Source: Macrostomum lignano (lineage: Eukaryota). From it: 64,000 bases of DNA. Position 1 is the stretch's first letter, and every line of letters starts with the position of its first letter. Shown here one piece after another: positions 38,070 through 49,980 of this stretch. The DNA is taken from the NCBI GenBank assembly GCA_002269645.1, contig NIVC01001474.1, forward strand, positions 100,475 to 164,474, written 5' to 3'. The position numbers and the translations under genes are program-made. The notes under the pieces are model-generated. The model saw nothing but the letters and a program-made list of their open reading frames with translations, did no database searches and was not told the origin of the DNA.

Positions 38070-39150
38070 TTTTTTTTTTAAATTTGGAGCCTTAAGTCAA
38101 GTTTTTCGAAGATTCCTGGCAGAAAAATTGGAAAATGCCTCAGATTGAAATTGCGCGGCCACATTAATCTTTTTGAGGCTGTCGCACAAAAAAGGCATGG
38201 GACTTTTCACCGCGAGTAGTGCACATGAAGGCTATTCAGAGTGTCTACATTACTTGAACATGATACAATCAGAGCTGCCTTGAACTCTTTGTGAGCACAT
38301 TACCTGCTCTTTGCTCATCCGTGGTGCGTGTGCGCTCGCCTCTTTGCTAGTCGACTGTCAATTATGCACATTCCCCAATCCTCACATTCCCCAATCTGCA
38401 CATTCCCAAATCTGCACATTCCCAAATCTGCACATTCCCCAATCTGCACATTCCCCAATCTGCACATTCCCAAATCTGCACATTCCCAAATCTGCACATT
38501 CCCCAATCTGCACATTCCCCAATCTGCACATTCACCAATCTGCACATTCCCCAATCTGCACATTCTTCAATCTGCACATTCCCCAATCTGCACATTCTTC
38601 AATCTGCACATCCCCCAATCTGCGCATCCCCAAATCAGGCCCTACCAGACACCCTACCAGGCTTCGAAATTCCACCGTAAAACCCCCAACGGAAAGCTAT
38701 AGCACAGCTAATCGAAACGGTGTCAAGGCCATTGGACAGTCCCATCAAGAAGCCGCGACAAGTCGTGGCGTAATATCCAGATGATTCACTTCGTAGCCAC
38801 ACAGACCCAGGACAGCGAATCCGAAGTCAATAGTGAGCAGATTGGTGGACAGGAAAATATGATACGTCTTAGAAATAGGAATTATGCTTGAAATGGGATA
38901 TTTCGCTCGCAGCAGTTGATGCAGCATGCCTTTGAAATATGCAGACCAAGGCCTACAAATTGCAGTGTGCGATGTTGCACACCTGCTCAACCTCTTTTTA
39001 AAGCAGGCATGGCTGGAGATCTTGTCTCCATGCTGCCCTACTAACCGAGGAGTACTAGGGGTACACGTCCCACGAGTGTTTGAGGTGGATCCTAGGGCCA
39101 CTGGACAGACTGGGAAACGGCGCCAGTCACCCTTCCGGAGCTTTGGCCTT
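38070..39150 (+). repeat. ~1.1 kb direct repeat, copy 1, with a 16-bp minisatellite (AATCTGCACATTCCCC)n at ~38365-38630
   Basis: Nearly identical to 42450-43600. Confidence 0.9.
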
Positions 39151-39199
39151 TGACCTTAGCCGCCAAGATTTCGGGTTATCTAGGTGTTACTCCCAGCTA

Positions 39200-40125
39200 C
39201 TAATGGTGTGGAGCTACTCCCAGCACACTGGGCTCAACTCCAGTGTTTTTCAGAGCGAGGTGCTTGCCATCAGCTCCTGCGCGGCAGAGCTGCGCCGAAG
39301 GCAGCTTAGCGGTCGGAAATTTATTTTTTCACTCTGACAGCCAAGCAGCCCTTCGGGCCCTCTGCCGCAGCACCACCAGCTCCAGGTCCGTCCTGGACTG
39401 CAACACCCAGCTCAACGGGCTTGCGCTAGGCAACCAGGTGGAGCTCAGATGGATCCCGGGCCACGCCGGCTTCGCGCTGACCTGCTGGCCAAGGCTGGCT
39501 CCGCCGGCGCGCTGCTGGGGCCGGGCCCGGGAGCCCCCATCCCCGCCTCGGTGATCAACTCCCGCGTTAAGCGCTGGACTGACTCCGAGCATCTCCGCAG
39601 GTGGCACGACACCCGGAATTGTAGGCAATCCCGGGCGGCCGTCCCCTGCCCCTCTCCTCTCCTGCGTAGAGCCCTCCTCAGGCTCAACCGCAGAGACCTC
39701 AGAGCAGTTAGCATGGCCCTCTCCGGGCATGGCTGCTTCTCTCGCCACCGCTTCCTTCAGGGCCAAGTACCCGAGGAGCGGTGCCCCTTCTGCCGCTCAG
39801 GCAGTGAAAACGCCGAGCACTTTATCTGCCACTGCCCTTCACCAGGGCCAGGCTCACTCACCTGGGCCAAACCCGGTTCTCTCCGACGTTTGCAGGCCCG
39901 AGAGCATCCCGCTGCTCGCCCGGTACCTCAGGGACACGGGACGAGCTGACTTCTCCCCCACCGCCGGTGAGGAGGACCGCGCTGCAGGCGAGACCGACGG
40001 GTCCCCCTGAGCGACATCGCTTCGATGGAAGTCTTTGGTCGCCAGGGGCTAGCGGAATGGGCGGTCTCCTCCGCCTCCTCGCTGCATCCGCCGGACGCCC
40101 CCTGCAGCTAAGTCAAGTAAGTCAG
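39200..40125 (+). mobile_element. 5'-truncated RNase H-bearing LINE (I/R1-superclade type), 3' end
   Basis: SVFQSEVLAI..., SDSQAAL and LRWIPGHAG (RNase H); C-terminal CPFC...ENAEHFICHC knuckle; TAAGTCAAGTAAGTC tail. Confidence 0.8.
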
Positions 40126-40569
40126 GACATAAGATAAGGTTAGAGGTCCCCGCCATGCTTAGACTCTCCGGAGAACTATTATCTTAGGAAATAAGAACAT
40201 ATTAATTTTCTCTGATTTTAGAAAGCCCAGCACGTGAGCAGCCTGCGCAACTTTTTTCGATAAGGTCATCTATCCAGTACATAGTACATTCACATGCCAA
40301 TTGTGAGAGTTAAATTTAGGGGTGGACAGACTTATGCATCATTATCGTCTCTTTGTGCATAAGTTGAATGATTTAATTATGTCATGTAAGCAGTGAAGGC
40401 ATATATGATGAGCAATTGTCAGTTTGCGATTTTCTTGAGAATATCATTATTATTAACACAGTTGCATGCTCGCAAATACAGAAGAGATAAATTTCATAGC
40501 ACCTAAAAGTTATAAGCTTCTAATTTCAGAACCACTATGAAAAATAATGTACGCTCGTTAAATGATTCT

Positions 40570-40900
40570 ATAGAAAAGGAATCGCGGAAGCATCGACTCA
40601 GCTGCAGGGTTTTCCGGGCGTCCGCCGGATACAGCGAGAAGAGGCGTCGCCGCCCATTTCGCTAACCCCTGGCGACCACGGGCAGCTGGTGCTGCGGTGT
40701 CGCGCAGGGAGTTCCTGTGGTGCCTGTGTCCGCAAGGCGGTCCCCCGCTGGCGAGTCCAGGAGGTGGATGGTCACTCGCCCGGTAGCCCTTAGGTAGCGG
40801 ACGAGCTGGCAGAGGTTCTCGGGCCTGAGAACGTCGGAGAGGTCCGGGTTTGTGCCGAGGTAGGTGAGCCTGTCCGGAGTAAAGGCGGGGCTTCACAGAT
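40570..40900 (-). mobile_element. 3' fragment of the same RNase H LINE family
   Basis: The reverse complement resembles 39850-40110, including GGGGCTAGCGGAATGGGCG-like and CCCTGCAGC ends. Confidence 0.6.
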
Positions 40901-41120
40901 AAAGTGCTCCGTACATGTATTTTCGATACAGGAGAGGCATAATGGACATGATTCTCACTGCGTAGGGCTCAAAAGTATTTGAATTTCACGGTTTATAGAT
41001 AAGCATAGATAAACTGTATTTTTTGCAGATTGCAGTAGCAGTAAGAGCGTAAATATTTTATGGTAAAAATATTACTAAGTAAATAACGGGCAAGTGCGCA
41101 GTTAGCGACGGTGAGCAGAC

Positions 41121-42185
41121 ATGGCATTATGGAAGTATTTCCAGCGCAACCGATTAACCAGCACAATGGGCATTCTGCTTGTGGCAGCAGCCACTGCCTT
41201 ATTCTGGTTCGGTCAGCTGCAGTCACCTGCTGGCAGCCAGAACCTGAAGACGAAGAACTCCAGCAGCGCGGCGCCACCAATCATCAGAGATGAACACTTG
41301 TTCAACATTACAGCCGAAGACAAGAGTCTGCAGCAGTACATCAAGTTGGCGTCGGAACACAATGTCACCACCAGCTCGCTGAGAGCGGTCATCACCATTC
41401 TGGCCTATAAACCGCGGGAGAAGAAGCTGAAGCACTGTCTGCAGAAACTGTACGCGAATTTCAACAACCAGTTCGGCTATCCAGTTATTTTATTTCACGA
41501 GGCGGACTTCCAACCATACCTGGCTGCAGTGAGATCTACCGGCTTCAATCCTCTTCTCAATTTGTCCTCAATATTCTTCCAGCAGGTGGACATGAGCGTC
41601 CCCAGCTCCTACATAGCTGAGTTCGGCCAGCCGCCCAAAAAAGGTTGCGGCGCCAAGAACAGCATCGGGTACAGGAGCATGTGCAGATTTCAAGCCAAAC
41701 TGATCTACGAGGAGCCCATGATGAGGCACTTTGACTACCAATTAAGACTAGACGACGATTCGGTGTTGGAGAAGCCGATCTCGTTCGATCTGTTTGCAGC
41801 TCTCCGAGATGCTCGGTGCTCCTATGGCTACGTGCAGACTATCCTGGACTCGTGCGCGCACAACACCTTCCAAGTGGCAGCAGACTACATGCGAATGAGG
41901 GCGATTAGTCCGACCTTCTTTGATCGGCTCAAGCGTAACGAAGTGTTCTTCAACAACTTCGAGGTCTCCAGTCTGAAGGTCTGGCGATCCCAGCAGTACA
42001 GGGACTTCTTAGAGCACGTGGACTCTCTGGGCGGATTCTACACGCACAGATGGGGCGACGCCCCGATCAAGACAATGGCTCTGAGCATGATTGTGCCGGA
42101 GACTGAGATCTGCAAGTTCAACAACGTCACGTACAAGCATCACGGTTTGAATAATAAACGTCTAAAGACCGAGTTTCTGCATTGA
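41121..42185 (+). CDS. GT15-family (KRE2/KTR/MNT1-like) alpha-1,2-mannosyltransferase, type II membrane protein, intronless, 354 aa
   Basis: N-terminal TM anchor; GYRSMCRF, FDYQLRLDDD, YGY, FFNNFEV and GGFYTHRWGDAPI correspond to the fungal motifs SYRHMCRF, YDWYWRVEPD, FWSNFEI and GGFFYERWGDAPV. Confidence 0.88.
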   Translation: MALWKYFQRNRLTSTMGILLVAAATALFWFGQLQSPAGSQNLKTKNSSSAAPPIIRDEHLFNITAEDKSLQQYIKLASEHNVTTSSLRAVITILAYKPREKKLKHCLQKLYANFNNQFGYPVILFHEADFQPYLAAVRSTGFNPLLNLSSIFFQQVDMSVPSSYIAEFGQPPKKGCGAKNSIGYRSMCRFQAKLIYEEPMMRHFDYQLRLDDDSVLEKPISFDLFAALRDARCSYGYVQTILDSCAHNTFQVAADYMRMRAISPTFFDRLKRNEVFFNNFEVSSLKVWRSQQYRDFLEHVDSLGGFYTHRWGDAPIKTMALSMIVPETEICKFNNVTYKHHGLNNKRLKTEFLH

Positions 42186-42449
42186 ACTGATGGCAGCGAT
42201 GTTTATTCTTAGAGTTTCTAACTAACATGAGAAGAAGAGAATTAATTGCAGAATTATTAAAAGTTTATTTATTAACAGAATGCCTGCCTTTTATAAGACA
42301 TCTTAGTCTTGATTATTCGTCATCAAGCGCACTGCTCAAACTCTGAACTTATTGAGTCTTACAATAACGAGTCCTACCGTAAGTTGCACAAGCTGTTGTC
42401 TAAGACCACTTCTCCCAGAAATAAATCGAAGCGTTGTGTTTTGTTTTTT

Positions 42450-43600
42450 TTAAATTTGGAGCCTAAAGTCAAGTTTTTCGAAGATTCCTGGCAGAAAAAT
42501 TGGAAAATGCCTCAGATTGAAAGTGCGCGGCCACATTAATCTTTTTGAGGCTGTCGCACAAAAAAGACATGGGACTTTTCACCGCGAGTAGTGCACATGA
42601 AGGCTATTCAGAGTGTCTACATTACTTGAACATGATACAGTCAGAGCTGCCTTGAACTCTTTGTGAGCACATTCCCTGCTCTTTGCTCATCCGTGGTGCG
42701 TGTGCGCTCGCCTCTTTGCTAGTCGACTGTCAATTATGCACATTCCCCAATCCTCACATTCCCCAATCTGCAAATTTCTCAATCTGCACATTCCCCAATC
42801 TGCACATTCCCCAATCTGCACATTCCCCAATCTGCACATTCCCCAATCTGCACATTCCCCAATCTGCACATTCCCCAATCTGCACATTCCCCAATCTGCA
42901 CATTCCCCAATCTGCACATTCCCCAATCTGCACATTCCCCAATCTGCACATTCCCCAATCTGCACATTCCCCAATCTGCACATTCCCCAATCTGCACATT
43001 CCCCAATCTGCACATTCACCAATCTGCACATTCCCCAATCTCCACACTCCCCAACCTGCACATTCCCCAATCTGCACATCCCCCAATCTGCACATTCTCA
43101 ATCTGCAAATCCCCTAATCTGCACCCTACCAGGCTTCGAAATTCCACCGTAAAACCCCCAACGGAAAGCTATAGCACAGCTAATCGAAACGGTGTCAAGG
43201 CCATTGGACAGTCCCATCAAGAAGCCGCGACAAGTCGTGGCGTAATATCCAGATGATTCACTCCGTAGCCACACAGACCCAGGACAGCGAATCCGAAGTC
43301 AATAGTGAGCAGATTGGTGGACAGGAAAATATGATACGTCTTAGAAATAGGAATTATGCTTGAAATGGGATATTTCGCTCGCAGCAGTTGATGCAGCATG
43401 CCTTTGAAATATGCAGACCAAGGCCTACAAATTGCAGTGTGCGATGTTGCACACCTGCTCAACCTCTTTTTAAAGCAGGCATGGCTGGAGATCTTGTCTT
43501 CTTGCTGCCCTATTAGCCGACGGTAGGGGTACACGTCCCACGAGTGTTCGAGGGCCACTGGACAGACTGGGAAACGGCGCCGGTCACCCTTCCGGAGCTT
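42450..43600 (+). repeat. ~1.1 kb direct repeat, copy 2, with an expanded 16-bp minisatellite at ~42738-43115
   Basis: Nearly identical to 38070-39150. Confidence 0.9.
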
Positions 43601-44199
43601 TGGCCCTTGGCCTTAGCTGCTAAGGTTACGGGTTATCCCGAAGCGCTTCCCTGTGCGTTATCAGGTGTCTCTGGTTACGGCTGTGAGGTAAAGGTGACCG
43701 TAACAGGGTACGCAGCTGGATTGCTGAAGGCTTTGATGCTGAAGGTTTTGACCGCTGGAATGTCGGGCAGCAAAACCGGCCGCTAGCAGTTTCTTTTTTA
43801 TTTCTTGCTTCCGTGACTCTGCTCACCCTTTCCCGATTTCAGCCATGGCTTCTACCGCCTCAAGTAATCCCGCTGAAGCCGGGACCCCGGCAACTCCGGC
43901 CGGTGATTCTGGCGCCAGCGCCGCCTTTTTTGTCTGCGGAAAAACCTGGACGCGCATCCGCGAGCCCTCTGGCCAGACGTATTTTACTAATTAATGAAAA
44001 TGTAAGCACTTGCAGTGTTCTGACTACTCTACTAAAAGTAAACAAATATGCAAATGTAGAATAAGTAGATATTATTCTTTATTTTCAATCTTGAGGTAAT
44101 TTATTATTTGGCGCAAATAGAAACGCACGGTCGTCGTGTTAAGATTCTTACTTGCTCAAGTAATTACAGTGTTCTGTTAGTCAGCACTTATTGTTAGAT

Positions 44200-45058
44200 A
44201 TTACAGGGGAACCTTGGGAGGCTGCTGCTGTCGGTCCAAAAGAAAAACCATAGCGACCCCTGCCCCCCTCCCCTCCCCCCAGGAAACAAGCCCGGCTGGA
44301 TGCCAACCAGCGATGTCCCGGATAGTCGCTGACTGCGCCCGGCAGCTCAGCCTCCTGGCCAGTAGCAATACTGTCAGACTGAAATGGATCCCAGATCAAG
44401 CAGGTTTTCGAGGAACGAGTTGGCAGACACCCTTGCAAGAGACGCGGCTCTGGCCCCTTCTCTAGCCCTGTTCCCCTATCCCTTCTACGGTCATCAATCG
44501 TCAGATCGATAACTGGGCTGATTCCCCTCACAGGGACAGATGGGCGGGCAGCCAGAACTGCCGGAAATCACGTGCAACGGCTCCGTGCCCCTCCCGCAGG
44601 CTCAGAAAGGTCCTTCTGAACCAAAACCGGAAGGACATTCGCGCTCAGGTCATGACACTTACCGGTCATGGCATACCTCTCCAGACACTGCTTAATCCAA
44701 GGAGACCTCGAATGTGAACTTTGCCCTTTTTGCGAATACGACAACGAATGTTCTGAGCACTTTGTCTTTGACAGCTTTTTCTTCAACAGAGACCGGCTAC
44801 GCTACCTCGGGCCGATTCCGTCCATTGACGAGGTCTGCCAGCCCGCCAGCAATCTACGGCTCATCCAGTTTGTTTCGGGCGACAAGACGAGCCACTTTGT
44901 CCCCTACGGAAGATCACGCTGCAGGACGGACTGGGGGACCACCCTGACCGGCCCTCTGCCTGTCTGCGGGCCTTCAGGGGCTAGCGGAATGGGCGACCCT
45001 CGCCTCCCCGCTGTGTCTACGGACCACCCTGCAGCTCGCTAGGTCGAGTAAGTCAAGT
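44200..45058 (+). mobile_element. Diverged RNase H LINE 3' fragment
   Basis: VRLKWIP.QAG, LTGHG.L..H, CPFCE..NECSEHF and a GTAAGTCAAGT tail. Confidence 0.65.
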
Positions 45059-46928
45059 GACCGAAAAGTAAAATATTCTCGAGGTTTTTAGTGCACTGGT
45101 ACCAGGTATATTTATTAATCTTATTTTCCTTCGAAATACCCCGTGGAAAGCAGAAATTGGATATTAATTTGAACCGTTCAAGGTACAGTTCCTCTCTTAA
45201 AACGGTGAAAGTTTTCAACGGTAACTGCATGCAGGTAATTAATTAGCTTTGAAAAGTGAATCCAAAGGACACCTAGCAGGGAGAAGAAGATGGTCATATT
45301 GTAAAACTCTTTTTCTAGAGTCAACAGTGTTTCGGAGGTCGAATGTTGCTGTGGGGCTTACAAAACTAAATGAAACAATTTTATAATCCTTCTTGTGTTG
45401 CACCCAATTTCTCAGCTTGTTGATTATGTAATGTATGCCCCGCGGTTTTAAGTGTGAGCTGTGCAAGTGAAACTTGCATGGGAGATCCGAGGAAAGTTGT
45501 GTACACAGTTTGGCGGCTGTTTAATGCTGCTCAGTTGAGAACTCAGCTTACATGTATTAATTTAATGATTTAGACAGGTCGAGAGATTAGGACAGGATAC
45601 AGTAGCTAAGGTCAGAGGCGCTCGAAGGTCAGAGAGGCAACAGTTCTGACACAATAAAACAAAGGCAGGGCTTTTAAATAGAAACGCTATGCAAAGCCCT
45701 CTGTAGAGGGGACTTGAAGGATAGAATCGACAGGGCGCATATCAGCAATGGGTGACAGCTTAGTGACCCCATAGAAACATTGTTATCAGACACTAGGAAA
45801 AGAATAGAGAGGTTGAGTGCTAACAAGAAACGCTTAAGATTTCCCGCAACTATATCTCTCATGACTGAAGTACACTGTAAACATTGAGGTTAGGGAGGCC
45901 GAGCTGACGTGGTAAGAAGCAGTCACCCGGATGGTCGAGAGAGCCGCTCTGCAGTGGAGGGAAAGGTTAATGCTTAAATATAGTATTCGAAGCTAAGGGC
46001 AACGCAGTTCTGGAAGCGAGTTTATTGGGATCCAAACGAGTCAGCAATGGCGCCGAAAGAAATGCCCATTGTAGCTCCACAAATTACGACGTTGGAAACG
46101 GTGGATGTAACAAAATTATTGCTCGGAAGCGCATGATGTACGTGAAAGGAGACAGTGAATTCCACCTGTCAAACGACGTAAACTATTTGCAATTTAGAAG
46201 AATAGAGTCGGGATGAGAAGTCCTGAAGACAATCCATCGAATTGTCTTCCCCAGTGGTTTTAGCAGTCACTTTTAATGCCAAGGTAGACAAAATTGACCA
46301 GAGAAGAGGAATATAAGATAACTTCGCGGCTAAAACCTCCCTCTGGCTTGGGGTATGAAGGGCGCTCCTCAGTTGGAACCCAGCAACCAACCTCCAGCAG
46401 CAAGATGCATACTGTTCAAGAAGACAGTGTTAGGATCTTATTCCTATTCTCGCTCAAGCCGAGAGGCCAAGCTATAGACGTGCAAGATTGAATGCGACGA
46501 CATTATTAAACAGAAACATTTGGAGTTGTTTACCTGAAAAAAGGGATATTAATTTTTGCTTTATCATAAAATATTGTAATAACAGCAAGTTTTATTTCAA
46601 TATTTTAACTAATCAGATAACAAATAATTTAGGCAGCTTATGCGACCGAAAGGTAAGATATTAGCAGGGTTTTTAGTGCACTGGTGTATTATTTATTTAT
46701 TCATTTATTTATTTATTTATTTTCTTTCGACGAAACAGTTTATCGACTTTAAACCGGTCACGTCGTAAAGTCCTTGTCTTAAACGGTAAATTATTAACGG
46801 TAGGTGGTAATTATTTGGCTTTAAAAAGTTCAGCTTAGTAATAAGCAGCTTAGTTGACACTTTCGAGAAGATGGTGATGTTGTAAAACTCGAACATCCAG
46901 CTTCTTTTTCTTGAGTCAAGTCGACCCG

Positions 46929-47048
46929 TCAGAGCAGACACGGCAGTGCGGTGGACGGCCCAACCAGCTGCACCTCCGCTCGACCGTTCGACTCCGAGTT
47001 CGCTCCGCTCGTCCTCACGACGCTCGTCGCCTCGGTCGCTACAAAGCT

Positions 47049-47092
<44 letters not shown>

Positions 47093-47779
47093 AGCCGCGT
47101 TTCCCGGAGCCGCCGCCGCCGCCCGAAAAGCCGCCGCCTCCGCCCCCGCCGGAGCTGCCGCCGCCGCCGCCGCCTCCGCCGCCGCCGCCTCCGCCGCCGC
47201 CGCCGTAGCCGCCAAACGCGTCCTCGCCGTCGCCGCCGCTCCAGCTGCTGCCGAAGCTCTCACCGCCGTGGCCCTTCTTACCGCCGGAGCCGTCGTCGCC
47301 TGCCGATCTCCAACCGGCGCCGGCGCCGCCGTTTCCACTGCCGGATGTCCTCGCTTGGCCGCCGTTGCCGTCTGTGCCGCCAGCGCCCGCTCCTTTGCCG
47401 CCGCCGCTCGTCCCGGGCTGGTCGTTGCTTCCGTCGATTCCGTCGCAGCTGTCGCCGGATCCGCCGCCGCCGCCAGCCGCGACCAGCGGCATTGCTGACG
47501 ACGTGTCGACACCGTCGATATAGACGAAGGTGCCACCGCCGCCGCCAGCGGCGTCATTTCCACCGCCAAGCTTGTCGCTGCCGACCTTGCCAACGATAAT
47601 CGCCAACGTGACTCCGGCGTCCAGTCTGAAGTAGCCGGATGCGAGGGCGCCCTTGCCGCCGAACGTGGAGCCGCCGGCGCTGCCGCCTCGAGCGCCCCAA
47701 GCGCTGATCTTGTAGCAGCCGGTGGCGTCGATCGGATGGGTCACGAGGCTGCCCGTCTGGGTGGTCGCAGCGACCGGGG
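46929..47779 (-). CDS. Copy B exon 2: ALK/LTK-type glycine-rich domain with expanded poly-Gly; splice acceptor mutated (AG to AA at 47780)
   Basis: Same motifs as copies A and C. The acceptor reads AATGCAA instead of AATGCAG. Confidence 0.75.
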
Positions 47780-47922
47780 TTGCATTGGATTCAGCGAGTT
47801 GGTTGCTTTTTAAATTAAATCAAACAACGATGAGATTTCGACTACTTTGAATCTCAACACTTGCATGTAGAAAAATATTTCTGTGTTTTAAACGCAATTG
47901 AGTCTTAAGCTCAATAACTCAC

Positions 47923-49108
47923 CGGTCAACACATGTGGGGCAGCAGTCGTTGTTGTTGTAGGAGTTGTCGTTGTTGTTGTTGTAGGAGTTGTCGTTGTTA
48001 TCAGAGTTGTGGTCGTCGTTGTCGGAGTTGTAGTCGTTGTTGTCAGAGTTGTGGGCGTCGTTGTCGGAGTTGTAGTCGTTGTTGTTGTCGGAGTTGTGGT
48101 CGTTGTTGTCTGAGCTGTGGTTGTTGTTGTTGTCGGAGTTGTTTTCCTTGTTGTCGGAGTTGTGGTCATTGTTGTCGGGGTTGACGTTGTTGTTGTCGGA
48201 GTTGTTTTCCTTGTTGTCGGAGTTGTGGTCGTTGTTGTCGGAGTTGTTCGTGTTGTTCTTGGAATTGTGGTTGTTTTTGTTGTCGGAGTTGTGATTGTTG
48301 TTGTTGTCGGAGTTGTGGTCGTTGTTGTCGGTGTTGTGGTCGTTGTTGTTGTCGGAGTTGTGGTTGTTTTTGTTGTCGGAGTCGTTCTCGTTGTTGTCGG
48401 GGTTGCGGTTTTTGTTGTCGGGGTTGTGGTCGTTGTTGTCGGAGTTGTCGTTGTTGTTTTCGGAGTTGTCGTTGTTGTTGTCGGAGTTTTTCTTGTTGTT
48501 GTCGGAGTTGTGGGCGTTGTTATTGAAGTTGAGGTCGTTGTTGTTGTTGGAGTTGTGGTCGTTGTTGTTGTCGGAGCTGTGGTCACGGTGGTCTTAGTCG
48601 TTGTCGTTGTTGTCGGTGTTGTGGCCGTTGTTATTGTCGGAGTTGTCGTTGTTGTTGTCGGAGTCGTTCTCGTTGTTGTCGGGGTTGTGGTTTTTGTTGT
48701 CGGAGTTGTGGTCGAATCGGTCTTCGTTGTTGTCGGACTGCATTCAGGCCGGTTATCCAGCAGCTGTGTCAGACAGCCCGAGCCCGACTTCCACTTGTCG
48801 GCGAGGTCGCACGAGGAGCCGAGCACGCACTTTCCGCTGCTCAGCGTCACCGAGCCGACCTTGTCTCCCGGATGCAGCATCTGGAACACGGAGCAACTCA
48901 GCCGCCCTCTGGCCGCGCATTCCACTGCGCAGATTCGATAATCCGTGACCCCGGAGACCTCCTTGAACGTGGCATTGGTTGCACCTGGAAGGGGCAGTTC
49001 GATAGCGCAGAGGTTGACAGTCGGCACCGTGAAGGTGGCGCAGCGGACAGACTGGCAGCAGAGGGCGGACAGCAGGGCCAGCAGAGCTGCACTGCTAGCT
49101 GCAGTCAT
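47923..49108 (-). CDS. Copy B exon 1: signal peptide, PAN-like domain, ~270-aa Thr-rich stalk
   Basis: ATG of MTAASS at 49108; donor G|GTGAGT at 47922; TATAAA at 49192-49187. Confidence 0.8.
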
Positions 49109-49544
49109 GGTGCAACTTGGATTTTGGATTCCGGAGCTTGTGTGAGCAGTCAAGAGCTGTGGTGAGTTGCCTGTCTTTGCTACAGGTTTATAGCGGCTGC
49201 TCTGCTTCTGTTCTGGGGGGGGGGATTGGCGGCAGGGCGTGAGGCCAATCACTGGGCCACCAGTTGCGATGGAAACGAGACTAACAACTTTCGCTGGGGT
49301 TGCTGGCTGTTGTATGGGGATCTAAAAGATTTATCTGGAGTTGGAAAGCAGTTGTTCCCCCTTATTCGTTTTTATAGATTTAAAGAGCTGCATGTTCTGT
49401 ATGTCGCAGACGCATGTAATACCATTGCAACTAGTATATAGTTTCGGTGGAACCATTCATGCTTTAAATGCGGGCAAAGTTTGGCGTTTTTGTCGATTTT
49501 TATTTGATTACTATTTGATAAAATCGTCTTTACCGCAACAAAAG

Positions 49545-49980
49545 CCACAGTGCTTTCACGTCTGGATCCCGGCCGCCAGTGCCATCAAGTCCGGGGATGA
49601 ACTGTAGCAGGTCCTGCTGGATCTGCACCCTGACCTCGAGGTCAACGGGCTCCTACACCACGCCACTTCTCGCAAGGAGGAGAATGGGACCACGGTGATC
49701 CAAGGGCTCTCTGACGCCTAGGCTTGCTTGCTTGTTGCCTAAGTCCACAATACACCTTGGTCTGACTCAGCTGACCATCCTCTGTTGTGAGGAGCGGCAA
49801 ACGCACTCGCATCTCTCACCATATGATCAGCCATCGCACTGCCACCATCAGCTTGCTGGGCCAGCACCAAATGACGATCCCCATCTGCAAAAGTTGTCCG
49901 CAAGGACGGGTGCAGTCTCAAGTTCTTTGGAACAGTCACAGATGAGCTCCTTCGGGATGCTCGGTCTGGCCCCATTCTGA
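49545..49980 (-). mobile_element. Probable degenerate LINE 3' fragment
   Basis: An RWL.HMVR-like motif typical of the RT C-terminal region; heavily frameshifted. Confidence 0.35.

Noticed and set aside
38311-38784. PQSAHSPICTFPNLHI repeat ORFs (also 42683-43152)
   Set aside because: They are a 16-bp minisatellite translation inside the duplicated repeat.
46911-47599. Poly-Ala, poly-Arg and poly-Pro ORFs on the plus strand (also ~34526-35266 and 56390-57077)
   Set aside because: They are antisense shadows of the GGC-rich glycine-rich-domain exons.
48117-48941. Val-rich, membrane-looking ORFs (also 35642-35986 and 57336-57998)
   Set aside because: They are antisense to the Thr-rich mucin stalks.
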